Source of the DNA: Trichoplax adhaerens
Taxonomy: Eukaryota; Animalia; Placozoa
Assembly (NCBI RefSeq): GCF_000150275.1
Contig: NW_002060955.1
Coordinates: 1,408,287-1,472,286, forward strand
Reading direction: 5' to 3'
DNA length: 64,000 nucleotides
Shown: positions 27,275 through 41,903 of the stretch, one piece after another
Layout: each line of letters opens with the position of its first letter
Position numbering within the stretch: position 1 is the first letter of the stretch
Notes under the pieces: generated by a model
The model's input: only the letters and a program-made list of their open reading frames with translations
Told to the model about the DNA's origin: nothing
The model's database searches: none
Translations under genes and position numbers: made by a program

Positions 27275-27811
27275 TGTCACAGTCATCGAAATAACTTAAA
27301 TATGGGTGTATAGTTTATAATAACATTTTGTTTTGAACTTTTTAGAATTATGAACTACTACTTTAGGAAATGATATTGTTAGTAATAACCTAAGTTATAA
27401 TGATATTATGATGATATAGTGATATGTTAGAAGTAAGTATCAAGAATATAGGAGCTTGACAGGGCTTACAGTCGAAGTAGATTTACGTATGAAATTGTAT
27501 ATTACCTCGAATGTCCGTATTTGATAATTTAATCGTAATAACATGTTTGTGATTGAAGTATGTTAATAGCATAGTAAATAAGTTTGTAACTACAGAAAGA
27601 GTCTATAAGAAGGACTGTGATCAATAAAAAATGATTCAGGTTAAGGCTAAGTTTTGTGATAGTTTTATACGGTATATTGTATTGAGCGAGCCAGTACTTC
27701 GCAAAGATTCCAGTTTCTATACCGTAGGCTAGCGGAGTAGTTCTGCGGATTAAAGAAAAGTTTACTATAAGTGCTGTGTTGTTTTCTTGTGTCGCAAGGG
27801 TAGTTGTGACA
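27275..27811 (+). mobile_element. 537-bp solo-LTR-like element
   Basis: 7-bp inverted termini TGTCACA/TGTGACA; perfect TSD AGTGG; TATAA 27604 and AATAAA 27623. Confidence 0.9.
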
Positions 27812-28055
27812 AGTGGTGATCATGGAACCTTACATTGGTCAACCACATGTCCGATGTCATTTCTGAAAAAATGACAAATCATTACCCATTCTAATAATTA
27901 AAGGCTGTAATTGAGTTGGTCAAGCTTGTAGCACGTATTGACTGTTATTTGTTGTGAGATAATGGACTAATCAACAGCCGGAGTCGAATTAAGCTTATAT
28001 TTGAGCAAATCGAGCTTTATGAAGCTAAGTTTCTCTTTTTTCCCGATTATGATAT

Positions 28056-28142
28056 TGTAATGACCGAATAATAGTCTCCTGCTATTACTATTGGCTACCT
28101 ACTGTACTACCTACTACAGCACAATTAGCTGGAATCATTACA
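28056..28142. mobile_element. 87-bp miniature TG...CA element
   Basis: Perfect 8-bp inverted termini TGTAATGA/TCATTACA; perfect TSD GATAT (28051-28055, 28143-28147). Single copy in the window. Confidence 0.6.
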
Positions 28143-30301
28143 GATATTATTACTGATTATTAATAATTCTCTTTCAGCGATGATTAATTTAAATAAACAC
28201 CTGCTACAATTGAAAGTCTAGCGTGACAATCGAAACTACAGAGGGGAGCAACATGCAGGCTAGGATTACTATTGGAACGCATTTCTCTCCTCAATCTCGC
28301 TGATAGTCTAATAATATTACACACCAGATGTAGTATATTACGATTGTACTATGAGTTTATAATTTTAGCTTATCCTGAAATATACGTATGCATTTTTAGG
28401 ATAGATTTAGATATAGTTTTCTACTCTGCATCCAAATATCGACTGTTAGCTTTATTCGAGTGACTTAAAATTGTTGCTAATTCTTCTATTCATTTGCTAT
28501 TATGTATTCCATTTTGATATATGAAGTACTCCAATTTATCCAATAATCTTACTCTCCGTATTATTCCATGATCATAGCTGTAGGTATTGCTGACTTCAGC
28601 CTTAAATCTCAATAGTTACAACAATCTTAGGCATTATTACCTCCTACATTCATTTACAATATCTGTATCTGTACGGTAGCTACCTCTTTATAACAAACAA
28701 TAGTCTAAAGTAAAGAATTTTTTCTGCTTAACTGTTTTTGTTAATTTGCGAGTGGCAATTCGCTCAAATTCTACCTACTCTTCTACCCTTTTCTTGCGCG
28801 AAATCTTTTTCACAGCAATGGATATTTGGCAATTACTGATTAATCAAAATGCAGAAAAATACTAATATAAAAGTACGCAATATAATAACTTCCCTCATTC
28901 TAATGATGAACTCAACTATGATACAATTGGAAAATAATAAATTTTAACCCGTCTGCAATAAAAGAAATATTACTTAAGCTGATTCCATTATAAATCTGAT
29001 GACAGTTTGCCATTAGTTTGTATGGCTGCTATAAACTGAAATTTAAAACGAAGAAAAGGAAGACTTCTAGGAAGAAATTAAGCCCTGTAAGCGTACAGTC
29101 AGATGTTTTACCTCCGATATCTACTGTACTTCCATTATTTCTCAAAACATTAATAATCTCCCATCGTCAGGAGATCTCAATCATAACAACGAACATTTCT
29201 TCAATTAAAAGCTAAGAACTAAAGTCTATTAAAAGATCAGTTTACAGTACTGTAGTCCAGTGTGACGGAGTATAGACTCCGTCAATTAATTGTGGTATTA
29301 GCCTTAGTAATTAGTAATTAGTAATTAAGATTTTATTAATTGTTAATAACATTTATTTATTAGCTATGGGATAATTGTAACATTATTAAAAGATAAGAAT
29401 TTATATAAGAAAAAGTCGCTTCATGATAAGTGAATTGCGTTATTCTATTAGAGCAACATTAAATCAAGGTGACTTGCGCCATTATCAAAAAAAATCGCAG
29501 TACTGCAGGAATATAGGAGTTTCTTTCGTTTTTTAAATAATAAATAAATTGATGAAATAATGACGAATGTAAACTTTTTTGTTTAGGTATTTTAACCCAA
29601 CGCATTAATCGTAAAATCAATGTTTCTTAATTAAAAAATTGAAAGAAACGTGACTACTGCTTCGGATTTCATTAAAATTGAAGAAGACAAAGGTATAGCT
29701 TGCACTCTTGATAAATGTCAATCTGGAAATTTAAATTTAAATTCTGTTGGCTTTCGAGAATTTTGATTGAAATTATCTTGTAATAGCATCAATACTTTGA
29801 TCTTCACAGAATTCATATATCAAGGATTTTAGAGAGGAAAGCGTGAGTGGTATCCATATCTTATGCTTCATATTTAATGAAAGGAAAACTGTAGGAAAGT
29901 TTTTGCCTTGATAATCTATAGAAACTGCACTAAAGGAAAATTTCGTTGGCATATTTTATTTATACAATCGGTTTTATACTGCGCTCTAATTATTGCAAAA
30001 TTATTAAATTCTTATTTTGTTGCAATATTTAATCAACGATTATAAGAGGAGATAATTTCTTAAATTATTTTTTAATTTGATGATTTGTTGTATAAGAGTA
30101 ATCGATATGAATTTTAGTTATAGACTTGTAATTTAAATCAGCTCTTTAGCAAATCCAACTTTAAGAGTGGCATTTTTATGCTCTTATTTCTTTAACCTTT
30201 AGATTTTAATAAATTTATTGGCGAAGTTTTTGAACTTAATAATTATTGCTTTATTACAAAATTTGCGTTTCAAAAGCATATCCTCTAAACATCACTTCAA
30301 A

Positions 30302-31252
30302 ATGGAGAACATTAACTCCACTATTACAAATGACGATGCTTATTCATATTTTTCCATTTTCATAAACTGCCTGTGCTCTATTGGTTTGATAGCTAATGCT
30401 TTACTGCTATACATCTTTACATCTGATAAATTTTTTCGTAAGACGACTTATTATTTAATGCTAATTTGTGTGATCTCTGATGGTATATCTAACATTTCTT
30501 CACTCAGTTCTAGTAATTTGCTACTTATCACCAAGCTCTACCAGTCAGAAGGTATGGATGTGATATGTCGCTTATTTGGTTCAGTCGTTTATATTTCATA
30601 CGGTATATCCATTATGAATTTATGCTTAATTAGTATCGATCGATATTTCGCTTTCGTAAAACCGTTAAATTATTTTTATCGAACCTACAAAAGCAAAATT
30701 ATCATCATTACCGAAGTATTTATCTGGATAATATCAGCAGCTGTGGCAATTCCTGATTTTGTGTTTATTCAAGCACAAAGAGGCAATCGATTTATATGTG
30801 ATTATCCTAACATTACAACATCAATTTCAGTATATTTAGTATTTTTTTCAGCGTTTTTCTATGTATTGCCGTCAATAGTTATTATTATCATTTATTGGCG
30901 CATAATAATATTTCAACGAAATTATATACGGCCTGGGCAACAATCACGACAATTGCAACAGGACTTGGAAAATAAAAAGAAGCTAATCAAATCACTAATC
31001 AGTATCTCATTATGTTACGTATTGACGACATTTCCTTACTTTGCACTTATGTTTGCAATGGGTTTAACAAGAGTAAACTTAACGCAAATACAAAATAGAA
31101 GTCCAGCATTATTTATTTTAAGTTTATTGGCTGTATCTATGACAGGTAATATCACTATTATTAATCCATTCTTGCTTCTAAGATTTGATGGAAATATTCG
31201 TAGGAGATTTCGTGAAATACTTGTACGCGTTCGTGAAATGAGAAGAAAATAG
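30302..31252 (+). CDS. Intronless class A orphan GPCR, 316 aa; inner clade
   Basis: The ORF track uses TTG 30218; ATG 30302 (MENINST) matches the paralog N-termini. SIDRY, ICDYPNIT, RNYIRPGQ, TTFPY, NPFLLLRFDGNIR. Confidence 0.94.
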   Translation: MENINSTITNDDAYSYFSIFINCLCSIGLIANALLLYIFTSDKFFRKTTYYLMLICVISDGISNISSLSSSNLLLITKLYQSEGMDVICRLFGSVVYISYGISIMNLCLISIDRYFAFVKPLNYFYRTYKSKIIIITEVFIWIISAAVAIPDFVFIQAQRGNRFICDYPNITTSISVYLVFFSAFFYVLPSIVIIIIYWRIIIFQRNYIRPGQQSRQLQQDLENKKKLIKSLISISLCYVLTTFPYFALMFAMGLTRVNLTQIQNRSPALFILSLLAVSMTGNITIINPFLLLRFDGNIRRRFREILVRVREMRRK

Positions 31253-33335
31253 TAATTAAGCATTACATGTTAATATTAAGATAATTGAAGATCCTAATGA
31301 TTTAAAAGTTTTGGGTTACAGTAGTCAATTTATCGCAACAATTTATTATTAATTTGAAATTATCATATTTTTTAAAGTCCATTCAATAAACTTATTTAAT
31401 TGTATTATGTTTCATGTAAAGCTGAAGTTGAGTGGCTCCATAAATTCGGTTTGAGTTCTGGTCATTTAGTAGTATTTTAGCCAATAATCGCATTTTCAAG
31501 GAAGTATAATAAGAGTACAACTTAGAAATTAAGAAAATTACTGCGAAAAATTTCTACTAACAGAGAAAGGTACGATAGATTAGCTATCTTGACTTTCCTT
31601 CTGAAACGAAATTTATAGCAACCTCAATTAAGCTAGTTTTGTTAGTGCTGTTCCAGCGGTGGCTAAGTGATTATAAAGAGCTCTTTAACATTTGAAGGTG
31701 AGAGTAGATATGATTTCAGCGAAGCATGCTATTAACGTTTCTTTAAATAGTTTGTATATTATTAGCTAATAAGAGTATCTATTGCGAATGCTGTCTACAT
31801 GAAGGGTCTAACCACATATAAGCCAAATATAGGAACTACTAGTAGAAATCTTTTTTCCAAATCTCTCTAACATCAGAAAATCTTATATATTCACTATTTA
31901 TGTGTAGGAACTGTAAACTATATTTTGGATTAGCTTGTTTACTACCGTATAATCTGTATATCCTAATTGATTACTACATTTGCACTATTTAGCATTTTGC
32001 TTTTATCTTTCCGTTGTTTTCAAGTTCTGATTAAGAACTAAAACTAATTTACTAAAATTCTAGGGGTTCTGGTTTCTGTTGGATTAAGAAATCTAGTAAA
32101 AAGATCTCGTATCTCTCCATTAATGATAGCATTGATGCTTGCAAGGTCGATGCACATGTTACACTTAGGATAATGGTACTTTGAGATGAATTGATCCACT
32201 CCTGTAGTTTATAACGATGTGGAACTGAATGATTAGTAAAGCTGCTCAAGGTTTCATAGCATAAATTTGCCATATTTTATCTATACTGTACATATGTTAT
32301 TGATGAGTTATCAAAGGTCCTCATTTAGTGTCAACATATAATAGTGACTACATATCACAAAATGCCTCATCTGCAACCTTACTAAAATCTAATCCATCTA
32401 CTAAAAAAACTAGATAGAAAATTGATTTTCACCATATCATAGTAGTATATTGTTCAATTTTTATGTAGGTAATATCAATATTAGGGCTTACTACGGATAA
32501 GCTCTGTTATTAACAGTACTAGTAAAAAGAGTAGATGAGATCTTGGTTTGGCTACGGCATAGCTTAAATAGAATAGTTAGAAATTAAATTACGAAGTGGA
32601 TCTAAAAATGCATAGCAAAAGCTAATGAATTCTTTATCGGTATGTTTCTTTTAAGCCTATTCAATAGTTTTTTTTTGATATCAAATATGTATCTTTCGAA
32701 TACGTGTGTACATACGCGTCAGAAATAAAGTTAGCAGATGGGCATCGGTCAGAGTAGTCGGTAATTTAAATTAAAGATCATCTCTAAGAGTGATCATATA
32801 TCTCTAAAAATAAAGCAAATCAATTAATGTATTGTTATATACGATCAGATCTTAATCTTTAGAAGCCAAAAGCTGTTCTCTTTGTTCAACTGATAATTAG
32901 TTAATTATTCTTCTAAATCTTTTACTTTTCTAACATTCGTTGCAATATATTCTGATTTAAGACTTGTTCATCATTTTATGGTGTCGTCCTGTGAATTATA
33001 TTTAGAATATAAATTAATTATTTTGATATGATTACAAGTCATATCTGCTCAGTTTTACTCAAATTGTACCTAATAATTTATTTAGCAGATACTCATTGAA
33101 GACAAAGTTAAAGTTTTTTTTTATCTTGGCCATCGTAGCATTACTGTCTTATGATTCAGTATCGTATTTACTACGTAGTATGGTATCGCTTACTAATGCT
33201 AGATGGTTACAACTGGCAAAAACTAATAAGTATCCAACTCAGCCGTAAAAATATCTCCTGAAACAAATCAAATTATTAATAAGAAGTTTTTGTCACTGCT
33301 TCGTCATAATTTTATTTAAGGTGAAAGTAGTGTAC

Positions 33336-33949
33336 CGTTACGAGCTAGGCATAGCCCTAACTCACAAAAAGGATTGAGAGGGTAATTTCTACCCTTTACT
33401 ACTATTATTTGGAATAACAGACAATTGGTATTCCAAGACAGATACCGTTTAGCACCGGGAGGCCTTCAAGACTTACTAGAAAATCGCAATCTAATTTGTT
33501 GTCAGCGAACTCGCCGTTTATATAGGTTTCGGATCTAAAACCGTTTAGCTACACAAGTCACCTCGTCTATTAAAAATTAACTAGATTAATACCCTAAAGA
33601 GATTCTATCTGTACAGATTAGATACAGCCTAATTCAATTGAATTTAATGTAACAGTATCGAAATAATCAATGCTTATTAACAGTTTAGCAGATACATATA
33701 AATTTATCCTGCTAAGACATTTCCTCTAAACTTAGGAATTGTACTTTGAACCTTAACAACTTGGAGGTGATAGATATAGTCCAGTTTAGCTGGTTGGCAA
33801 CTACTTTTTTAGTTTACGTAATCCTAAATTAAGGATATCAACTGTTAACCACTAAAATTACAATTAGGGATACCGTAAAAAATTTCTGATATATAAACAT
33901 ATATAGAACGTAACATAGAAACAAAGTATATGTCACGAAGATTACTACT
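33336..33949 (-). mobile_element. Solo-LTR-like family G, copy 1 (~614 bp)
   Basis: Reverse complement of 41904-42526 (roughly 90% by eye); flanked by TGTAC/TGTAC; terminal bases slightly decayed (CGTTAC...ACTACT). Confidence 0.85.
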
Positions 33950-36900
33950 TGTACATACTACAAAATTTTTGTTATATAGATTCGTAAACTATGTATCTTT
34001 ACTGTAACTTCGAATTTGCATAATAAAAAATTATTAAGGCTGATATGCCTTAACTCAAGCACCAAGGAGCCGAAGTGAAACACCAATAGTAGATTTATGA
34101 TGTGAAGATCCTGATGTCCAAACCTTACATTATTCAAAACCTCGATCAGAATTAATATTTCAATTCTAAAACTTTGTTATATTTTATCAACGCCATTATG
34201 ATATTTATGGGATGATTAGATATTACAGGTATGGAATGGAAAGTGGTTCTTACCCCTAGTAGTAGCAGCACGGAAATTAAAGTTTAAAAAAGAAATCCCT
34301 TATAATAAATTAAGTCATGAGTACTTTATGTAAGAGAAAAATCTATCGGAATAGATAATAAAGACTAATTTGGTGTTTCATACAAGATACGAAACAATAG
34401 TTTCCAGTGAGCACAAATAGTGAAGCAATGTGAACACGAGTTATTTTAAAGCAAAGCACCGAAATATAATCCAGGAAGACATAAATGGATAATTTTTAAA
34501 GAAAGATTGTCTAATATTAAATGAGATGTAAAAATAAAAGATAAATATCAATTACATACTAAGAGTAAATGACAATTTTTGACATATCATCTGATATCTC
34601 AGTAAGCATATAGGAAAATCAGTAAAACGGATATTTACGATGGAAATTTTTGAATTAATGCTACGCTCGAAATTTTGTTTATTAATCAAATTTTGCCTAG
34701 ACAAATTTTTGGATTTCAAATGAAATTTATTAGTAGATAGATATCATCGAACCTGCAAGCCCTACCGTCAAATTATTTATCATTTCAGAATTAATCAATA
34801 TTACTGGAAGGGAAGAATGCATGAATGAACAGTTTTCAACACTATCGATTTCTGTTTACTTTAGCTGTCAAGTAGTCTTTCCTCATATTGTAATAGCATT
34901 TTATTATTTTAAAATAATTGTAAAATTATATGTCCTGAGATTAAACTTACTTATCTCTGACTGAATATTTGTAAAGATAATCTAGCCGAGCATAATGCTA
35001 TATAAGTAGTGATAATAGATGTTTTAAAGCTTAGATTCGTATTAGTTTTTCGGTAATCAAACTTCATGTCTTGGATTAAGGTTAGCTTATTCAGAGCGAT
35101 GTATTAACTGTGAATCATTGATGATGAAGTAATCAACAGCAGTAATTAGAGCTTCAGAGAAGATATTATTTGAAGTATAGCATAAGAAGCTAGAGACCTT
35201 CGTTTTTCCTTGTCCTATGCACCGTATCTTAATGTTTTGTTAAATATTTTTATGCAATGAAATCATACAAGAGCTTACTGTGGACATAAATCTTTAGTGA
35301 GGGTCTGACTAATATACATAATGACACAATGTGTAAACTATGCTACAAGTTGAAAATCTTCCTTTTCAAAATGTGGTAGATAAAGTAAATCCTTTCATGT
35401 TTACTTTATATATGCATAATTTAAATTCTAGAATCCAATGATGAGGTATTCCGCTAAAGACTCTAAAGTATAAATTATTAATATTTTGTTAGCATCTTAC
35501 ACTTGCTGGTGTATAGTTATAATTAAAAATTCTAATCGATCATACTGAAGGATATCTATATTATATCCAAATTACGTTATTTAAGACTATAACAAAATCC
35601 AAGGCCAACTGCTGCATATATTAGTAAAAATATGCCAGAAATTTTCTCATTGCCAAATCTGATACATATATTTAATAAGACTAATAGAAATAACATGTTA
35701 CGTCATGGTATGGCTAATTGAATGGCTGAAAATCATATTATATAGTAGAAATTCGAAAAATTTATTACTAAAATTAATGGATTCTTTATTGGTATATTTC
35801 TTTTATATTTATTCATTGTACTTCTTCTTTGACTAAAAAGGTATGTCATTTGTTTACAGATGTATGCATGAAATAAATTCAACAGCTGGACATCGAAAAT
35901 AGTAATTAGCAATTTAAATCAATGATCACTTCTAAATACAATCGTACGAGTATGTCAGAAAAATAACTCCATTTAATCAGTGTATTATTTGCAATCAGCT
36001 GGTAATTATTTTTAAAAATGAATGCTATTTTTTTCTTCGGTTGATAATTATATCTTTCTCAAAATCTATTGCTTCTACAATAAATTTTTTAACTTGAGTA
36101 TTTTTATAATCTGTATAATAGTTTGGGCGTCATCTTTCAAACTATGTATAGAGCACTGATTAACTATGTTGATGCCATCATAAGTTATATCTGCTATGTT
36201 TTGCTCAAATTATGCGAAGTCAAATATTTAGAAGATATTCAGTGATGACCAGTGTAAAAGTTTTCTTGTCGAGGTTATTCCAATACTAAGGTATATAGTC
36301 TACAATTAGGTGTGCTGTATTTATTGTGTACCTGAACAGCAGTTACTAATGTTAGACTATTACAATAGGTAAAAACACTGTTGTGTAACCAACGATAACT
36401 GTAATAATTTATTTCTTTAATCTAAATTCACCTTAACGTTAGATTAAACATTATCACTGCTTTCTCGTAACATTTTATCGCAAAAATATAGTATATTAGG
36501 CAAGATATTTTGACTTACAAGTTTATGAAATCATGCAGCTCCATTGTAAATATTAAATTTTACATTAACAGTTCATGGAAGTTTAAAATTGATCCGGTGG
36601 TATTCTCGCAAACGGAAGAGGAAATACTTTTGGTCAATATTTAATCTAAAGACCTGCGTATTAAATACCTTATATTACTCGAAGCTTTGGCAAGAATTAA
36701 AAGAATTGGGCTTAAAATTTTGTAATTTTTCTATTAAGGCTTCTAAATTATTTCTTAAGTAATCATGTCATAGCAATGAAATGCAAAGCAATTCGATGCT
36801 GCTATAGTAGTATAGAAACTGAAGCTAAAAAAATCTCTTATATTAAATGAAGTCATATGAATTTCAATAGGTGAAAATATATCTGAATTGGTAACAAAAA

Positions 36901-37323
36901 TACTTTGGTGTATGCTATCAAGTAAGTTTTGGAATAATGCTTTTGTAGTAGGCACGTACAACGATTCCTTGTAAAGAGGGACTGTTTTACCATGAAGTGT
37001 CAATCTTAAAGCATAGTAGAAATTATTGAACAATTTTAAAGAAAATTCTTAAATATAAAATCAGATTGAAATATAGAAGCTAAAGATCAATTACTTATAA
37101 GGAATAGCTATAGATCTGTAACAGTTTATCTGATAGTTTATTTGTTATACCGCAACAATCGCAAAAGGGAAAATACAGTAAAAACATTTTTGAACTGATT
37201 TTATACTCAAAATTTTATTTCTTAAACAGGATTTTGCTTGAGCTAGTTTTACCTCTCAGCTGATAATCAGGTAATAGATATAATCAGGATCTACAAGCTC
37301 TAACACCAAAGTATCATTCTATC

Positions 37324-38280
37324 ATGGCAGCTTCGAATGCAACAATTAATGATGGCCTATTATATACTTACTTTGCCGTTGTTGTAAGCGGTATAAATTT
37401 TGTCGGATTGATGGGTAATGCGTTGCTATTATATATCTTTATATCAGATAAATACTTTCGCAAAATTACGTATTATTTAATGCTAATTTGTGTTATTTCC
37501 GATGGCATATCCAATATTTTTTCACTCATTTCTACTGGCTTGCTACTAGGTAAACATGGCACTCAGTCTTATACTATGCTAACAGTATGCAGTATATCCG
37601 GGGTAGTGGTCTACATCTCATACGGCGTATCGATCATGAATTTATGCTTAATTAGTATCGATCGTTATTTTGCTTTCGTAAAACCTCTCAATATGTTCTA
37701 TCGGGTTTATAGGAAGAAGATTGTAATTATTGTTGAGATACTCATTTGGATAATATCAGCGTCTATAACGATACCTGATATTGCATTTATTCAAGCTCCA
37801 GATGATGATAAGTTTATTTGTGATTATCCTAATGTGACAAAATCAATTTCAATATACTTAGTCTCCTATACCGTTGTATATTATGTATTGCCTTCGATGG
37901 TTATCACTATTGCTTATTGGCGTATTATAATATTTCAACGAAACTACGTGCGACCAGGACAAACTATAAAACAATTAAAATATGAACAAGCAAGCAAAAG
38001 GAAGCTAATTAAATCGCTAATCAGCATCTCATTAAGTTATGTTTTACTGACATTTCCTTACTTTGTAGTCTTGCTCTCATTTGGTGTAACTAGAACAAAT
38101 CTATTGCAAGTACGAGAAAAGAGTTCAGTATTATTTGCCATATGTGTACTTGCTGTAGCTTCTACCAGTAATATTACAGTAATTAATCCATTTCTATACT
38201 TAAAATTTGATGGAAATATTCGTAAAAATTTTAAAGAAATACTTAAATGTTGTCATAAAGGAGATCATAAAAGAATTTGA
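37324..38280 (+). CDS. Intronless class A orphan GPCR, 318 aa; inner clade
   Basis: NAT sequon, MGN, VISD, SIDRY, EILIW, ICDYPNVT, RNYVRPGQ, LTFPY, NPFLYLKFDGNIR. Confidence 0.95.
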   Translation: MAASNATINDGLLYTYFAVVVSGINFVGLMGNALLLYIFISDKYFRKITYYLMLICVISDGISNIFSLISTGLLLGKHGTQSYTMLTVCSISGVVVYISYGVSIMNLCLISIDRYFAFVKPLNMFYRVYRKKIVIIVEILIWIISASITIPDIAFIQAPDDDKFICDYPNVTKSISIYLVSYTVVYYVLPSMVITIAYWRIIIFQRNYVRPGQTIKQLKYEQASKRKLIKSLISISLSYVLLTFPYFVVLLSFGVTRTNLLQVREKSSVLFAICVLAVASTSNITVINPFLYLKFDGNIRKNFKEILKCCHKGDHKRI

Positions 38281-40004
38281 ATGTTATGGATACGAAAGAG
38301 AATTATAGAGTCACATTTATAATAACTAAGCTTTTTATTTATTAATACTCCTACTAGCCTGAATTTTCGTTAGTATTTTAATCATCTGCAAGCTTGCCAA
38401 CCTATTTATACCTTATGTAAAATTAATCAAACCATTCATTGCCTTTCCTTGATATAGATAAATGTGATATGGTCTCTTTCTAATTACGATAACATATCTA
38501 CGTCAAATACTGCTAATTAGAATATCGTACGTGTAAGTTCCGATAAATCTATGCTAGTGTTTCACATAAGTACAATACATTTGCGATATTATCTAAGGAA
38601 AAAAATTTTGATTGATATTTGCATGGCATAACAGTAAGTAGATTTGCATTCTAAAGGAGCATTTTAGCCTCATTTAATATTTATAAGTTAAAAACGGTTG
38701 GCGTAGATTATGCTGATGGAGATATTATCGATATATAAATCGTTATAATAATAAAAACAGAAGAAAGTATAATGTTTTTTGATACAAGTTGTAGCTCTTT
38801 TCAGTTCATTAACTATGGGATACTAACTACGGCATTATACAACATACATGTCTAGATTTCTCTCGAGCTATACTTAGTATAAAATTTATACTTTTTGATT
38901 GTGTTTATATTAATTAATTATCTGAATTAGTTTTTGAAGTAGGACTTTCGTCAGTTTACTATGGTATTCGTTAAAACACTGCTTCCTTTGTTAAACTGAT
39001 GATGTTAAATAAGGAAACATACATAATAGTTGAGCTTAATTTGTACATCAGAAATTTGATTTTAAGGAATATTGTATAGCAAGAAAGGAGAAAATGTAAG
39101 ATTTTAGAAGATTATATTAAATTAAATGTATTACATATAGAACTACAGTTCTTCTAGCATCGTCAACTCGAAACATTAAAGCAATTTGTATAATACTTAG
39201 TCGATTTAAATAATGCCTAGTTAGTTTGTATTATGCCCAGTCAATTTACAAAACGCGGTAAATGTAATTTGCAATTTGTTAATGCCTAGGCAATTTGCAT
39301 AGACATAGATTAAAACTGCAAAAAATCTTAAAATCGTTCTTTTGTCCGGAATGAAGTTACAGAATTAACACTATCTATGTCTTGAGGTCTAAAATATTAT
39401 TTAAGCTTTTTATTAATATTAACTATAAAGTGTGATATGTAGCTTCGTTTCAATTAATTGATTATAGGCCAGTCCTTTAGTAGGGTAATGATTTATTGTT
39501 ATATTGATCTGGTTATGTAGGTCACCAGTAATGCTTCATCGCAATATTTTTAAAATTATAACTTTTATTGTTTGTAATATGGACGATTTTAAGTTAATTG
39601 TGCATCAATTGGGATTTATTCTGCAAAGAAAATGAGCTGTAATATAAATGAAGGTGATTAAAATGAAATTTGTAGATAAAGCGATCACACGAACAGCACA
39701 TGACCTTTTAGCTTCTCATAATGTTGTGATGCAAGCCAATAAATTATATACTGTGCAGTAATTACTTGTTAACATTTAATTGTGATGAATTAGAGGCTAG
39801 GTTAAAAATTACATCACAAAGATGATACTAGTATCTTTCTGACTTTCATGATATTTATCTACCATTAATTTTAGTATTAAGCATTTTGAAAATTTGGAAA
39901 AAAATATTACAGATAGCGATATTTTAACGATAATGATGTCTATTTGAACGGTTATGATATAATTTTAACAAAGAAGATAATTCAAGGACATCTGGATTTT
40001 CGAT

Positions 40005-40286
40005 TGTTACGGAACTTGATGCTCCATGATAAGTGGCTAGTAGTGAAATTGCGAATGTTTATTAATTTTTAATCTCAGTTCCTTTGAGGCTACCCTAGAG
40101 TACACTGGTACTAAATTGTAATAGTTATTAATAAAATATTTAATAACCTAAATTTATCGTTGGAATCGTTTTGTATAACATAGGAATAAGTTAGTTTTCC
40201 TTTACTAAGGATTTCCGGAGTTAGTCGGGGAACCTTAAGAGTAGATAGTTTAGTTCAGGAACGATTACGAAAGTTATTTCGTAACA
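40005..40286. mobile_element. Possible older 282-bp TG...CA element
   Basis: Inverted termini TGTTACGGAA/TTTCGTAACA (9/10), but the TSD is not preserved (TCGAT/CCTGT). Confidence 0.4.
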
Positions 40287-41903
40287 CCTGTGTCTTTCAA
40301 AACTTCGATAAAGTGATTAAAAATTTAAATAGTTTATACCTTGATAGAAGAAGTAAATAAATAAGGCACTATAATAATTGATTGATAGGTGAAATGGTAA
40401 GCTTTCTCTTCTATTCAACCTGAAGTTTTATTTCTAATTTTCTCTAAGTGTCGTGAATTATGATAAGTTATTGCTTATAATATAAAATGATCAACAGCAT
40501 ATTTATAAAATTCTAGCATTCAATCAATATTTTCGTAACGCTAAAAGAACAATAACTTATTAATACAGATAATGCTGGTTAATACAAGTAAGTATAAGAA
40601 ACTAAATTATCTTTTACCAAATTACTTTTTACGGATAAAAGTTTCCCAGTTGATATTCTCGTTTAATGATTTAAAAGAATTTAACGTCCGTTATCCAAGG
40701 GTGTTTGTTGGATCGAACTAGTTATTGTTTTCTAGTATTTGAATAAAACTTATCTTATATTGTATGGTACCATAAATTATGTGTAATGATTGATTACAAG
40801 GCTTGATTTCAGCGAGGAGATACTAGATGTAGCAGATTCTTTATTTCTTAAAATTTTAATGAGATAATTATCTTTAATTTTTCAGGGTAAAGATTTCATT
40901 GTTTGTTGTAATATTTCGATGGTTGGAATAATAATAGGGATAAATTGTATTTTAATAAGGAATTCGTGACCTCTAAAATATTTGTGCAATGGATTAAAGT
41001 TCATTAGTAAATTAATAATCATTCAGATTTATACAAGACCATAATTATACATGATGAATAGAAATTCTAATTCGTCTTGGTTTCATGATTTCTATAAGTT
41101 ATTATCGCTATTGCATCTATCATAGACTATATTCATCACTGAAAAGTTTACGAAAATTTCTTATATACGTTGTTAATCGCAGCTTTCATTCACGAGCGAA
41201 ATTGACTTGCAATCTATTCTTAATTCTTTGATATTCTGGAAAAAATTTTAATAACCTTCTGTTACGAAACAGATTTTCGTTAGTTATGCTAATACAGCTT
41301 CTATATTATAAGTTCACTATAACTTAAAATCATTTTGTTTGACTACAGTATCATAACCACTTAGGCATAAATTTACAGTATGTAAGCCCATAGAAAAGGT
41401 TATAAATGAAATGTTAGCCTGAATACATTCCTGATATGTTATCATTTGTTATAGATTAATTATCGGCTATTACCTTATTTGTAAGAATGTTATTGCATTT
41501 GTTAGTATATTTAATATGACGTAAGTAAACTGCTAGCCTTATCCAACTGTATAAAGGTTAGTAAGAACAATACAGATTAGTTCAATACTCTAGCTCTACT
41601 GGACTCGTCTGGAGATTTCATTCAAATCTTCCTTGTTACAAAGTAGAAGAGTTTCGAAAATGCAACAACTTCATTACCAAAAATTCACGTTATCTTGGTT
41701 TGAAAACTTTTCTCTTATTACTGTATATGCATGCTATGATACAATAAAGTATTCTTTATTATTGGCAGAGAATGGTAGCTAGCAAATTAAGGATTGATAT
41801 AAATATTTCTTTTCATAAATAGCGACCTTTATATAATTTGAATAGGATATTAAATATTCTTCTAAATCCGTATGGATTATAAAATTGATAATTTACTTGT
41901 ACA

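Noticed and set aside
6167-28228. Further TG...CA candidates (6167-6345, 8125-8866, 27855-28228)
   Set aside because: TSDs are only 3/5 or purely A/T, or the inverted termini are weak, and there is no second copy in the window; cannot be separated from chance.
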